Shown in pieces: positions 25,866-38,745 of a stretch of DNA of 64,000 bases. The notes below the pieces were generated by a model, which did no database searches, was not told the origin of the DNA, and saw nothing but the letters and a program-made list of their open reading frames with translations. Every line of letters starts with the position of its first letter. The stretch's first letter is position 1. This stretch comes from Cenococcum geophilum (lineage: Eukaryota), in the NCBI GenBank assembly GCA_050273025.1, contig CP158636.1:9486001-9550000 (forward strand), written 5' to 3'. A program made the translations under genes and the position numbers.

Positions 25866-28800
25866 GAAAACCGGCTGAGCTTGATTATCTATATTATATA
25901 CCCCCCCCCTAACACGCAGTATTTAAGTTGAGAGAGGGAAGATGGAGACGACAGAGGGGGAAGGAGGCTTGTTGCGTTAATCGCGTCGGGAACGCGTTAA
26001 GATAGCCAAGGCCTTTGAATACGATAGTTACGAGAGCGATATAGAAGATACGGTTCACGTGGCAGCAGTAGCCCCTAGGGCACTACGATTGAAGCGTATG
26101 GGGAAAAAACTACGTCCTAAGGATCAGATAGGGTCAACAAGAAACCGCGTAATGGCCGAAAAGAGAGTAGAGCAATCGGTAATAACAGCTACCACGGCAA
26201 ACCAAGTAATAACTAAGAAGATAAATATAATAAGCATGCAGATTAAGGTGCTAACTAACCTAGTTATATCACTACTAGGGGCAATAGAGGAATAGAAAGA
26301 GGCATAAGTAAACTAAATTAAAGCCCTTACCGAAATATTCATAGAGTAGATTAACGCGCTTAGAGTAGAGGTTATAGAAAAGATGGAGGTAATCTAGACC
26401 CAATTATCTAATATTTAAACACTACCGAGCGCGGATCTGTTGTACGCGGAGGTTGCCTGTATGCCGCTAAATAGTTAACTAAGCAACCTAACGTCCTTCC
26501 CGTTAAGGAATACCATGCCATTAACTATTACCGATACGCTGTACTGCACAGTTAACACATTTAGAGTTAAAGAAGAAAATAAGAATGAAGCACAACCGGG
26601 GGTAATTAGGTAAGTAATTAAAAGTAGTATACGTATAACGGAAGGCCACGAGAGCTAGCGCTGCGCAGCAGTGATTAAAGACCCTAGGAACCCCGTACGT
26701 ATTAGGATAACTTATAGGAATAAAGTTGAGCTCTAATATGTAAAAGAAGCGGCCTAAAAAACCTTAGTACTTAGTGTTTAGGTGCTACGAGACCAGCTTT
26801 ACTTAGTAAAAATTAACAACGCCAACCGAACAGCAGTTCTTAACCAGGAAGGAAAGATTTGAGATAAAGCAGTAGAGGTGCTAGGAAAAGAGAATAATGT
26901 ATATATAGCCTAGATAGGATGGCTTAGTAAAAAAGACATAGGAAAGGTATATGGATTAATGGTTGTGTACGTTACTAAAAGTAGTAAGGCAGCACGGTTG
27001 CTGTAGGATTAATACTTTTATATTGTAGGGGAATTAGCCTATATTAGAACCTATAAACCTAAAAGCGGTCTAACGTAATGCTACTAGTGTTAGACATTAG
27101 GACATAAAGCATTTATATACACAAGACCGCAAGTATATGCTAGATGCGCTTAAGAAGGACATTATTATAATAACTGCTAAGGATAGATTCCAAAGTGTAT
27201 ACCTTGCGGAGGACCACATAAATCGTTTAGTAAAAATTGTTAAGTGCTTTATCCTACCCGCTATATATAAGACACTTTAGGTACTTTAACTAAATATCCA
27301 AAAGCAGAGTATGGTATAGCAGAGCCTAATGAACGATAAATAACTGAAAGACTTTGGAGTGTTAGTAATATCAGAGCCATACGTATAGAAAACGGACGAT
27401 ATAGTTATAACAGTCCCTATAGGACACCCAAATTGGACTAAGGTAATACCCACGGCCCAGCGCGAAGAGAGGTGGGTGGTATGGAGCATGCTATAGATTC
27501 GAAAAGATATTAAGGCCGTATAGGTGCCAGTATAATCGGCAGACCTTACTGCGGTGGTGCTACGCCTTCCCGACAGATTAGTACTGGTAGTGTTGGTATA
27601 CGTTAAGGGAAAGAATATAGAAGTACTATAAGATATAACTAGTAAACTACGCTAACTAATCCAAGAAATATAGAATAAGATAGGTACACGAACCGATATA
27701 ATACTCGCAGGAGACTTTAATCGGCACGATTAGCTATGGGGAGGAAATAACGTCTCGCCGGTAAGACAGGGAGAAGCCGACCCGATTATTAATCTTATGG
27801 GAGATTACTCCCTATGTAGCCTGCTGCCTAGGGGTATAAAAATATAGTAAAATGGCAACTGTAAGACAACGATTAACCTAATCTTAGCATTAGATGAGCT
27901 AGCATCTATAATAGTAAAGTGCACTATATATGAGATAGAACACGGATCTGATTATAGGGCAATTAAGATAACATTTGATATTGCGGTCCCTAAACGCGCT
28001 ATAGAACAGAAAATGCTTTTTAAAAACGTACTATGGAATAAAATTAGGAATAGGATTGCTACCACCCTCTATATTATCCTAGTGGGCGGTAAAGTGCAGC
28101 AGTAAACAGACCGGCTTATGGAGGTAGTGCTAGAGGCAGTCCACACATTAACTCTGAAATCTAGACCGTTACTATATACAAAAAGGTGGTAGACAACAGA
28201 CCTTACGAAGCTCCGCTGGGTATATACTTACTAGAGGAACCGGGTAAAGAACTAACGCTAAACGGGCTAGATGGTACTAGAACTAGAGCAATAAGTAAAG
28301 GAGGCCTTAAAGGAATACTATAATGCAATATAGAAACAGAAAAGGACATATTGGAACAACTTCCTGGCTGATAATATAAACATTTAGTAAGCAGCAAAAT
28401 ACCTTAACCTAAGCGGCAACTTAGCGTTTAATAAGATACCACCATTAGTAAGGATAGATAGATCTACTACAGAAGGCAAAAATGAGCAAGCAGCGGAGCT
28501 ATTAACTACGTTCTTTCCCCCACTGCTAGCAGGAATAGAGGATGAGGGTCCGCGGCCTTAATGAACGCCAACACCAATGCCGCATCTTACAATGGAAGAG
28601 GTGGAATGGAAGATATTTGCGGTAAAGCCTTAGAAAGCGCTAGGGGACGACGGCCTATTAGTGATGGTGTAGAGGCAGATATGGCTGGTAATAAAAGATA
28701 GGGTTTTGCTCCTCTTTTAGACCTTACTAGACAAAGGCGACCTTCCTAACTAATAGAGAAATGCTAAGATTATACCGCTTAAGAAGCCGAATAAAGGAGA

Positions 28801-31360
28801 CTATATAAAGGCAAGGGCATAGAGGCCTATCTCTTTGCTGTCTACGTTAGGCAAGATGCTAGAGTCTATAGTCGCCGAGAGAATATTACACGCGGTAGAG
28901 ACCTTTAGACTACTACCTATAAATTACTTTAGGGCGAGGAAGGGGCGCTCTACTAAATAGGCGCTGCTGCTATTGTAAGAATATATCTATAACGCGTGGA
29001 GGTCTAAGAAGGTGCTTAGCCTTATTAGCTTTGATATAAAGGGTATATATAACGGAGTATATAAAGAGAGGCTACTATAGAGGCTTATAGCAAGAGGTAT
29101 ACCGCTAGTGCTAGTGTGGTGGATTAATGCATTCTGCTCTAATCGTATAGCGACTATCTTAGTTAACGGCTATACCTTTAACTAGTAACAGTTACTATAA
29201 GTAGGACTACCATAAGGATCGCCGCTCTCGCTAATACTATTTCTCTTTTTTAACGCCGATCTAGTCTAGTACCGGCTTAATATAAATGGAGGCTTAATGG
29301 CGTTTGTGGACGACTATAATATATAGGTTATAGGACTATCAGTAGCAGCAAACTGCGAAGGTATTTAGGCTATTATTAATAGAGCAATAAACTGGGAGAA
29401 ATGAAGCGGCGTAACGTTTAAAGGTGAAAAGACTATGCTAGTGCACTTTATAAGAAACGCGGACCGGACTAATACTACCCCGTTTATAATTAAAGGAAAA
29501 ATAGTTATATTAGGGTATACAGCTAAGATCCTAGGGGTGGTTATGGATGCGGAGCTTTGGTATAAGTGATATATTGCAAAAGCAGCCACTAAGGGCCTTA
29601 TCGCAGCTATAGTACTAAAAAGACTTTGGATGGTATCCCCTTTAACTATAAGATAACTGTTTAGGGCAACGGTAGCGCCGGCGGTGGACTACGCCTTAAA
29701 TATCTGGATGCACGCCTGTGGGGGTTCCGCTATAGCCGTAATAAATAGGGTGTAAAAAATTGGAGCGCAGGCAATTATAGGAACTTTCCGTATAGTAGCT
29801 ATAGTTATTAGGGAGGCCGAAGTAAGCATACGGTTAGTACGCGAGTGGCATTCGGAGAGGGCCACTAAGTTATGGGTCGACCTTAATACGCTATATAAGA
29901 TGAACCCGCTCTTAAGGCTCCGTATAAAGGTGCTTTAGAGGTTTACGTCCCTACTGCAGAAGATAGCCTATATATATCAACATACACTAACAGATAAGAT
30001 GGAGGTTATTTAGCCCTATATGGTACTACTATAGGAGGACCGACTGCCTATAAGTATTAACCCAAATAAAGATAGGGTAATTGAAGCCGCTAACTCCACC
30101 TAAGGCATATAGATCGCAACAAGCTCATCTAGGAGGAGAGGCATGGTGGGGATGGGAGGTATTATCTACGACACCCTTAGTAATACGTTAAATAGGGAAG
30201 CTGTTATATACTTAATTATACTAGGACTAAGAGCAAAACAGAACCTATATATAGCTAAACTGGCGGCAATATTAATGGCGATAAGGTGCTTACCGCCGGA
30301 TTTATAGGAGAGATAGATTACTATATTCACCAGTAATTAGGTAGTACTACTAGTAATTAGCCAACCTAAGCAACAATCCGGCTAAATAAGTATTGCATAG
30401 ATCTATAATATAGCCCGCACGTTAAGGTAAAGAAGTAACCGTTTTCTTATTATATGGGTCCCTTAAGGGGAGTTTAAACTAGGTAAGAAGGCAAAAGTAG
30501 TAATACGGCAAGCTACTATATAAGGACGCCTACCGCAAGGACAATAATATTAGGTTAAGGCTATAACAATAAACACCGTAAGAATAAAACAGTAGGGTAG
30601 GAAAACACTACTGGAAAGAGTAGAAAGGTATTTAAGAAAAATGGACATAGTACTACTAGGTAAACATACCCGTAGGCTATATAACTCCCTTAAGCGAGAA
30701 GAGGTAAATATATTGGCCCAGTTACGGATAGAAATAATATAACTTAATGGGTATCTATACCGCATTAGAGCGGCAGAATTAGATTAATATAATTACGGAT
30801 AGGTAAGAGAAACAGTTAAATACTTTCTCTTTAGGTGTATAAAATGGACATTATATTAAGAGCAAATGCTGTAGTAAATAGATATAAGAAGAGGCAGCTT
30901 ATCTTTCTATTTTAGGGGGAAGGCGTTAAGTAACTCTAGATAGTGGACACCAAATATAAACGCGGTCCGAGCGATAGTAAAATACGCAATAGCCACTAGA
31001 TAACTTAAGGCAGAATTAAATTAATAACCCGTCTACTATAGTCAGAAACTTCCCCCCCTTCTCTACACTTTAACTAACCCACACTATACACCCTCGTGCC
31101 ACTAGCAGATCTCGCTTTAATCGCCGAAGATAGGATACTAAACACTTAGAGGAATAGCCCCCTAAGACCACCTGCTACTAACCACCTATAAAATCTCGTA
31201 GAATAAGGTATAAGTAACACTAGGGAATACTAAATAAGGCATATATATGGGCTTGTACGAGAATATGGCGAGACTAAAGGAAGCGTAATTATGTAATATA
31301 GTACTAGTGCCCTTTAGGCTTAGTGCCTCCGGGCGGAATAAACTTTATCATTATCATCAT
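25866..31360 (+). mobile_element. Full-length Tad1-like LINE, RIP-inactivated
   Basis: ORF1 (~26030-27270) with three Cys/His knuckles at 27078-27240. ORF2 (~27263-31025) with APE (GDFNRH, HGSD(H)RAI), RT (RPISLLSTLGK, GLP(Q)GSPLSP, FVDDY), RNase H and C-terminal CCHC. 3' AATAAA plus (ATC)n tail; TSD AACTCTAAGAAG (25854-25865, 31362-31373). Confidence 0.93.
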
Positions 31361-31373
31361 TAACTCTAAGAAG

Positions 31374-33995
31374 AGCCCACAAAGCCCTACTATACGCGTT
31401 CACGTTACCGCGGGTGGAAACATTATCTGGAATCCGTTCCTCTTAATGGCCAAGTACAGAGGTAATAGTAGAGAGCCGTCGCAGCGCGTATAGCGCGCTG
31501 TCGTTACAACTCTGTAGTATTAAGCCCGCGACGTGTATATCGCCCTTAATAATACTAGAAGCCTTACTGCCTCCGCTTAGAGCTCCTGTTCTACTATCTA
31601 GGGAGGCCTATTAAGGGAAACTAGGATACGAAAACCACCCAATATACGACTACCTGGCTCGCAGCTAGGCCCGAAACTGGCCTTATCTAGCTAGTTAATA
31701 TAGACGCGTCCTAGGCGTATAATAGGACACCCTTAGGCTTACACTAGCTCTGAGATCGCAAAGGGAATGCGACGAGGGCGTAGGGATCCTCTTTTTATAA
31801 GAACTTGTTAAGGTTAACGCGTTACAGGCACCTTGTACGAAACTTATTAAGGCCCCAAGGCCACCATAAAGAACTTGTTAAGGCCTTGCCTAAAGAACTC
31901 GTTAAGGCCCCTCTACGAGGGCCTATCTAGTATCCAGTACACCCAGGTAACTTAGAAGAGGGTCTTAATAGGCGTAGTACACGCGACCTGGACGACAGCA
32001 ACGCGATAGCGACATGACGGCGACCAGACGGCTTAACGAGGTGGAAACACGGGCAAAGCTCTAGGCAGCGGAAATACAGGCTAGCTTCGACGGCCCTATA
32101 GCGTCAAAAGGCGACTTACAGGAGGATCTTAATAGGCGTGGTGTATGTAACCTAATGCATATATATATGGGGAGGCTCTAAAGGAAACACAGGCCAGTTA
32201 GATAAGGACTTAATAGTTAGAAATATAGGCACAGCTTATAAAAAGGGGGGACATAAGCTTAGTTAGTAGGAGAGGGGGAAGTAGGTTATCTAGTACGGGA
32301 CCTAGTGTCTCTACGGCCCCCTCCTATAAGACACAGTCGGCCTATTATAAGGAGACTTTTATAGGTAACGCGAAATAGGAGCTAGTAGTGTATAGGGTAT
32401 TGCGCCCCTATATCCTACTAGCCCCTATAGGGCGTAGTACGTAATAGCCACTGCTGGCTTTAGGGATCTTACCCCTTAATTAGGCTCTGACCTCTAGTAC
32501 ACCTAGTAGGTAAGTAGGATTACGTCCTGGCCAGAGAGACTACTATATAGCTTAAGAGAACGGATACGCGTGTCAGTACACCAATAGATAGAACCGTTCG
32601 CTAGGACGGCACGCTGGTGAGATATACTTAAGGAGTAAACAGGAGTTACCCAGGCGGGAGAGGTTTTTAGCCAGGCCTTAACCGTAGAAGGTATATAAGG
32701 TGTCTAATAGATATAACGAAGCCACTAGAAAACTGGGGTAGAGGCCTAAATAAGCAGGTATATTAAACTCTACTATATTACTAACACTACTAGCTAATAT
32801 ATAACTACCTACTGCGACACCTTTAGTAATAGGGAAGCAGCGATATACTTAATTACGCTGGAACTAAGAGCTAAACAGAACCTATATACGGCGGAACTAG
32901 CAGTAATATTAATAGCGATAAGATGCTTACCGCCGGATCTACAGGGGAGATAGATTACTATATTTACTAGTAATTAAGCAGCACTGCTAGCGCTTAGCTA
33001 ACCTAAGCAATAGTTTAGCTAAATAAGTATTGTATAGATCTATAATATAGCCCATACGCTAAGGTAAAAAAGTAACCACTTTCTTATTATATAGGTCCTA
33101 TAAGGGGAGTTCGAATTAGGTAAAAAGGTAAAAGTAATAGCTCGGCGAGCCACTACATAAGGACGCCTACCGCGAGGACAACAATACTAGGCTAAGGCTA
33201 TAATAATAAACACCGCAAGAACAAAACAGTGGGGTAGGAAAACACTGCTAGAAGGAGTAGGAAGGTACTTAAGAAAAATAGACACAGCGCTACCAGGTAA
33301 ACATACCCGTAGGCTATATAACTCCCTTAAGCAAAAAAAGGTAAACGTATTAGCCTAGCTACGGACAGGAATAATATAACTTAATGGATATCTGCACCGT
33401 ATTAGAGCGGTAGAATCAAATTAATGTAATTACGGATAGGTAAGAGAAACAGTTAAACACTTCCTCTTTAGGTGTATAAAATGGATAGTATATTAAGAGC
33501 AAATGCTGCAGCAAATAGATATAAGAAGAGGCAGCCTATCCTTCTATCTTGGGGGGAAGGCGCCAACCAACCCTAGACAATGGACACTAAACGTAGACGC
33601 GGTCCGAGCGACAGTAAAATATATAATAGCTACTAAACGACTCAAAGCAGAATTGGATCAATAACCCGTCCACCACAGTTAGAAACTCCCCCCCCCCCCT
33701 TTTTTATACTTTAACCATCCCACACTACACACCCTCGTACTACCAGCAGATCTCGCTTTAATCGCCGAAGATAGGACACTAAACACTTAGAGGAATAGCC
33801 CCCCAAGATTACCTGCTACTAACTACCTACGAGATCTCGTAGAATAAGGCATAAGTAATACTAGGGAATACTAAATAAGGCATATGTACGGGCTTATACG
33901 AGAATATAGCAAGACTAAAGGAAGCGTAATTATGTAATATAGTACTAGTGCCCTTTAGGCTTAGTGCCTCCGGGCGGAATAAACTTTATTATTAT
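31374..33995 (+). mobile_element. Chimeric retro-insertion: 5' part of the 21281 element joined to the 3' 1.2 kb of the Tad1-like LINE
   Basis: 31374-32810 matches 21281-23030 (with ~22620-22960 absent); ~32815-33995 matches ~30168-31360; followed by a third AACTCTAAGAAG at 33997-34008. Confidence 0.88.
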
Positions 33996-34376
33996 CAACT
34001 CTAAGAAGAAGGCTAATCTACACTTCTAAAGTTAAGTCTACTTTTAGACTATTCATAGCGTATACGCAATAACTAGCTCTTCCGTCCATAATACGCAATA
34101 GCTCCACCTTTAATCCTAGAGCGCGCCACCTGTCGGATTCTGCCATACCGTTAAACCAGCCAATCAGGATTTTCCATCCCCGGGATGGAAAATCGCTATT
34201 GGCTCGCCTACAAATCCAAATCCGTTCGTTTAACCCACCCTACAGCCCATAATTCGACCTTTATCGTAGCGTCCGTAGGGTTAGTGTCTCTATCAATATC
34301 AATCATCAAGCGTTTCTCTTGCGTAGTTCCTCATCGGACGAGACAGTCGTATAAAGACTTTGAATCAGTGTAGAGA

Positions 34377-34482
34377 ATTGCGGACATTGCGAATATTGCG
34401 GATATTGTCAATATTGCGGATATTGCGGATATTGCGGATCTTGCAGATATTGCAGATATTAGATACTGCGGATATTAGACAC
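34377..34482. repeat. 9-bp tandem repeat (ATTGCGGAT)n
   Basis: About 11 degenerate units visible. Confidence 0.85.
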
Positions 34483-35134
34483 TAGTGTCTTAGCAGTGCA
34501 AATAGGTAGGCGTGTGTAAGGTATTATAGGTAGTCCTATAATACCATCTTAGCTACATCCTGGGAGCTCTTAGGGCTGCTAAGGGTAGCCTTCGGCTAGG
34601 CCTTAGCCACCCCCTATAAGCTCTTTAGGCTTACAGCCTCCTTCCTCCCCTATTAGTTTGTCTCTCTCTTTCTCCTATACAAGGGTATTGCCTACTCCCT
34701 ACCGTACACCCAGGCAATACCTTACAGTTCGCTTATTTAACCTACCCCTTTATTATAGCATCCGCATACTCGGTTACGGCTATAGTCTTAGTCATTTCGA
34801 TCGCGATTTCGGTCCTGGTTCCGACCTTAATCTTAGTTATAGTAGCAGCGATCCGTAGAGAAGGTAGTATACACTCCCTAGCTAAGGTGTTCCTTTTCCC
34901 ATATAACAATAGAAGATCTATCGTACTTTTAGTTGTCTGTATAGATCTTTACAATCATAGCCACCTCTTTACTATATCTAGGTCCTTGCCTAGGTCCTTG
35001 CTCCACACTAGGCACGGCTAGTTTAGGTGGTGTATATATATGTAGCTGCTACGGTTGCTGCGGCTACTGTAGTTGCTGCGACCATAGCAATTAGTCGATA
35101 AGAGTGTGGATTTAGTCGTAATTAGAGGATTAAG

Positions 35135-36130
35135 GACCAGGAGGGGTAGCAGGGGTAGCAGGGGCAGCAGGGGCAGCGGGGGCAGCAGGGGCAGCAACTG
35201 GAGTAGCTGGCGGTGCAGTGATCGGGACAACTAGTGGTGCAGCGGTTGGAGTAGCGGTTAGTGCAGCTTACTAGGGTACGGATGCAACAGGTGGTTAAGG
35301 TGTCCTAGGGGCAGGTATCTGCGTTCCAGGCGGTGTTATAGCTAGGTTAGTATTTGCAGTACTAGGCCCAGGTAGTATTACAACTATAGCCATAGGCTGA
35401 GCCGATAGACCGGGAGGGGCAGCAGGGGCAGCAGAGGCAGCGATCGGAGTAGCTGGCGGTGCAGCGATTGGAGTAGCTGGCGGTACAGCAATCAGAGCAG
35501 CTGGTGGGGTAGCTGTTAGGACAACTAGCGGTGCAGCAGTTGGAATAGATCTAGGGGGGGTAGTAGGGGTAGCAGGGGCAGCGATTGGAGTAGCTAACGG
35601 TGTAGCGATCGGGACAACAGGGTAAGGATACTCGGCAGGAGGAGGACCAGGTAGGATAGTAGCAGGGGTAGCAATCGGAGTAGCCGGCGGTGCAGCAATC
35701 GGAGTAGCCGACGGTGCGGCAATTGGGGTAGCCGGCGGCGCAGCGATCGGGACGGCCGGCGGTATAGCAGTCGGAATAGCCAGTGGAATTGGCAGAGCAG
35801 CTGGTGGTAGGGTAGGAGTACCAGGGGGGGCAGCGGGGGTAGCGATTGGGGTAGCTGGCGGTAGGGGTAGTTGCGGCGGAGACTCTACAGGTAGTTGTGA
35901 TAGTTGCGGTCGAGACTCTATAGGTAGTTATGGTATTATAGGGGTAGGTATCTGCGTTCTGGGCGGTATTGTAGCTATAGGCTAAACTAATTCTGGGCCA
36001 ATAGCTAAACCGTTAAAAGTATAGTTTAGTCTACCCCTAGCAGTACTAGGGTAAAGATACCGGGCAGGAGGAGGACCAGGTGGGGTAGCAACTATAGCTA
36101 TAGGCTAACCCAATAGACCGTTACGAGTGT
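35135..36130 (-). repeat. GC-rich degenerate repeats encoding PIAAPPAT/PAAP runs
   Basis: Repeated GCAGCGATCGGAGTAGCYGGCGGT 24-mers and GGGGCAGCA 9-mers. Confidence 0.75.
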
Positions 36131-36719
36131 GGTTTAACCTGTCTCGCAGTGCTCTTATAGCCAATAGTTCTACTAACTCCTTAATAGTTGCTATAATCTC
36201 CTTATCTGTCCATTAATATAGCTCTTCTTCTTATATAACTTTAAATAATAGCTCAGATACAGTAATTCTACTAGTGCGTCTGCCTACGTAAACACCTCTT
36301 TTAAGGAGATGTTTTCGTAGCTTGGATCTAATATCTATACGTATCTTCTTAAAGCTCTCTACTATAAACCCCTCAAACTACTCCCAAAAGATATACCATA
36401 AGTCGTTGTCCGTAAGGTCTTATATTAGATATATTATCGTTTCTACGAACTCTACTAGCTCGTCTTTTATAGCCTTATCTACATCAATTCCGTATCCATA
36501 TTTACTAGCTATTACGGCCTATTCTTTTTCCGTTAGTTCCATGGTTGTAGGTATAAGGGTAGGTGTAAGGGTAGGTATAAGGGTAGTACGAGGGTGGTCG
36601 AGAGGGTAGGTATGAGGGTGGTCGAGGGTAAGGGTGTCGAGGTAAGGGTATTAAGGTGAGGGTGTAAAGGTGTGTACGTGTCCTATCGACGAATCTACAG
36701 TTCTTAGACACTGTAGACG

Positions 36720-37032
36720 ATTCTTAGCAGAGATACGGTCCTCTAGGCGATCTAACGCGTCAACAGTTAAGTTAATACGTGGTTTTAAGCTTTAAGGGTC
36801 CTCTAGGCGATCTAACGCGTCAACAGTTAAGCTAATGCGTGGTTTCGAGCTTTAAGGATAACGTAGCTCTCTCTAAGTAAAGATACGATTCTCTAGGCGA
36901 TCTGACGTATTAGCAAGCTAATACGTAGTCTTGAGCTTCGAGGGTAACGTAGTTTTCTCCTTCAACTGAAATGGGGCGATAGCTCTGCGATCTGACGCGT
37001 TAGCGGTTAAGCTAATGCGTGGTTTCGAGCTT
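36720..37032. repeat. About 60-bp leader repeat, 4 copies
   Basis: GCGATCTRACGCGTYARCRGTTAAGCTAATGCGTGGTTTCGAGCTTT recurs at ~36747, 36807, 36897 and 36987. Confidence 0.8.
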
Positions 37033-38745
37033 TGCTATTGCGTATTTCCTAATCTGTACGTCTACTGATTAGTGTCGGTATACTCACATTATCAACGTGC
37101 ACGAATATCACTTGTAGTGGTACGTATGCTGTGTTAAAGTTAGTAGTTAATTGATTGTTTCTAGAAGTAAGGGGTTGCTCCAAGGTCAGACTAGTTAACC
37201 TCGCTTCGTGGTCTCGTGACCACGTCACGTAATTAACGTTCCGACATTTATTAAATATATTAAAATATAGCTCCTAGATAAGGTGGTTTAACTCTATAAT
37301 AAAAGACCCTATTAGTATAACTACCCCTTAAATATAGCTAGGTTGCGGATTCTCTATAACTATATTTAATAATACTTACCGTTATTTCTTAATATAATTA
37401 TATTAATAGTGCCTAATTCTAGCCCCCCTATTATTTATATTATCAACTTTAACTTAAGTAGATAAGAATTAAGCAAAGCTCTAACCCTCTTATTTTAAAG
37501 TATTAACTATAGATTATAACTTCTTTGCGCGCTACTATTATCTTTTACTTTAGTTTAATAAGGGAGGTTTAGGCTTACTAGTACCGGGTTAGCTGTTATT
37601 ACCTATTTAGTTATTATTATTATTAGAGGAATCTTTAGATATATTAATAAGGTATTCTAGTAGGCTAAAAAGGCTAAAAAGGCTAGATATAGGGCTTTAA
37701 GCGTCCTACTTAAATATACGCCTATTAGGGGCATAGTTGGGCTCTATTACGGATAGAATATATAAAATAGAAGATAAGCTTTTAAATAGAGGTGTTAGCA
37801 AGCTAAGTAGCGCTATATTAGGGATTAAAGTATAATATTAAAGGTAATATAACTGTTATTTACTAGTAAGGCTATATAGCTCTTATAAAACGCGCCTATA
37901 ATCTCTTAGACTCTTAAAGAGGAATCTACCTTAACGGTCTATAATTAGCTACTAAAGGTAGCGTAAGCGCTAATACCTACGGCGTATATTAGACTACGGC
38001 GCCGGTTGCTAATTAGCTTAGGAGTTTATAGGAGTTACAAGGGTTATAGAGGTATGGCGGTACCAGCCGCTAATTAGCTCAGGAGTTTATAGAAGGTAAG
38101 GTGGATTTTCTCTCCGAGGGTCTAAGTTAACTGAGATAATAAGGCCTTTAGGATCGTGGAGACTATATACTACGGGCACGTGCCTTTAGTACGTGACTGG
38201 CGGCTATCTAAGGGGCGTCTGGGGGTTGTCTTAAGGGTAACCTAAGGTGACTGCAATAATATCCCTTATAACTATAGTTTAGAGCATTACCCTAATAAAA
38301 TAGGCTTATACCCTAAGTTATATCTAAAACCTTTTCCTACTTAATTAGATATAAGTTAGAACCCTTAGCGTATTAGATTATTATAATAGCCGCCTATTAA
38401 GCTAATTCTAAATAATATAGTCTAGATTACAGCCTACTTATCGTCCTACCTATAATTATTTAGATATTTATTATAGAGCTAGAGAGAGAAGGTAAGATAT
38501 AGAAGATTAAGTAGACCCTAAAAATAGAGTACCTTAAAATAAAGTACTTAAATTTAGGCCTAAGGTTAAAAGCATTTTTAATTTAGACCCTTAAAGAGAT
38601 TACTAAAAATAATACCTACTAAATTTATAACCTTTATTAAAAATTATACGCCCGCTAAATTATACTCTCTTAATTAAATTATACGTCCTACTAAAATTAA
38701 ACCCCCTCTTCTCTTTTCTTCTAGCCCCTAAACTACTTAGTATAA

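Larger units (their letters stand above)
25673..37246 (-). mobile_element. Non-autonomous Copia-family LTR element (~3.4 kb of own sequence) inflated by nested LINE insertions
   Basis: 174-bp LTRs at 25673-25846 and 37073-37246; TSD TTTAT (25668-25672, 37247-37251). gag-like N-terminus on the minus strand at ~36180-36543 (KLRKHLLKRGVYV...WTDKEI) followed by Pro/Ala repeats; no pol. Confidence 0.85.
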
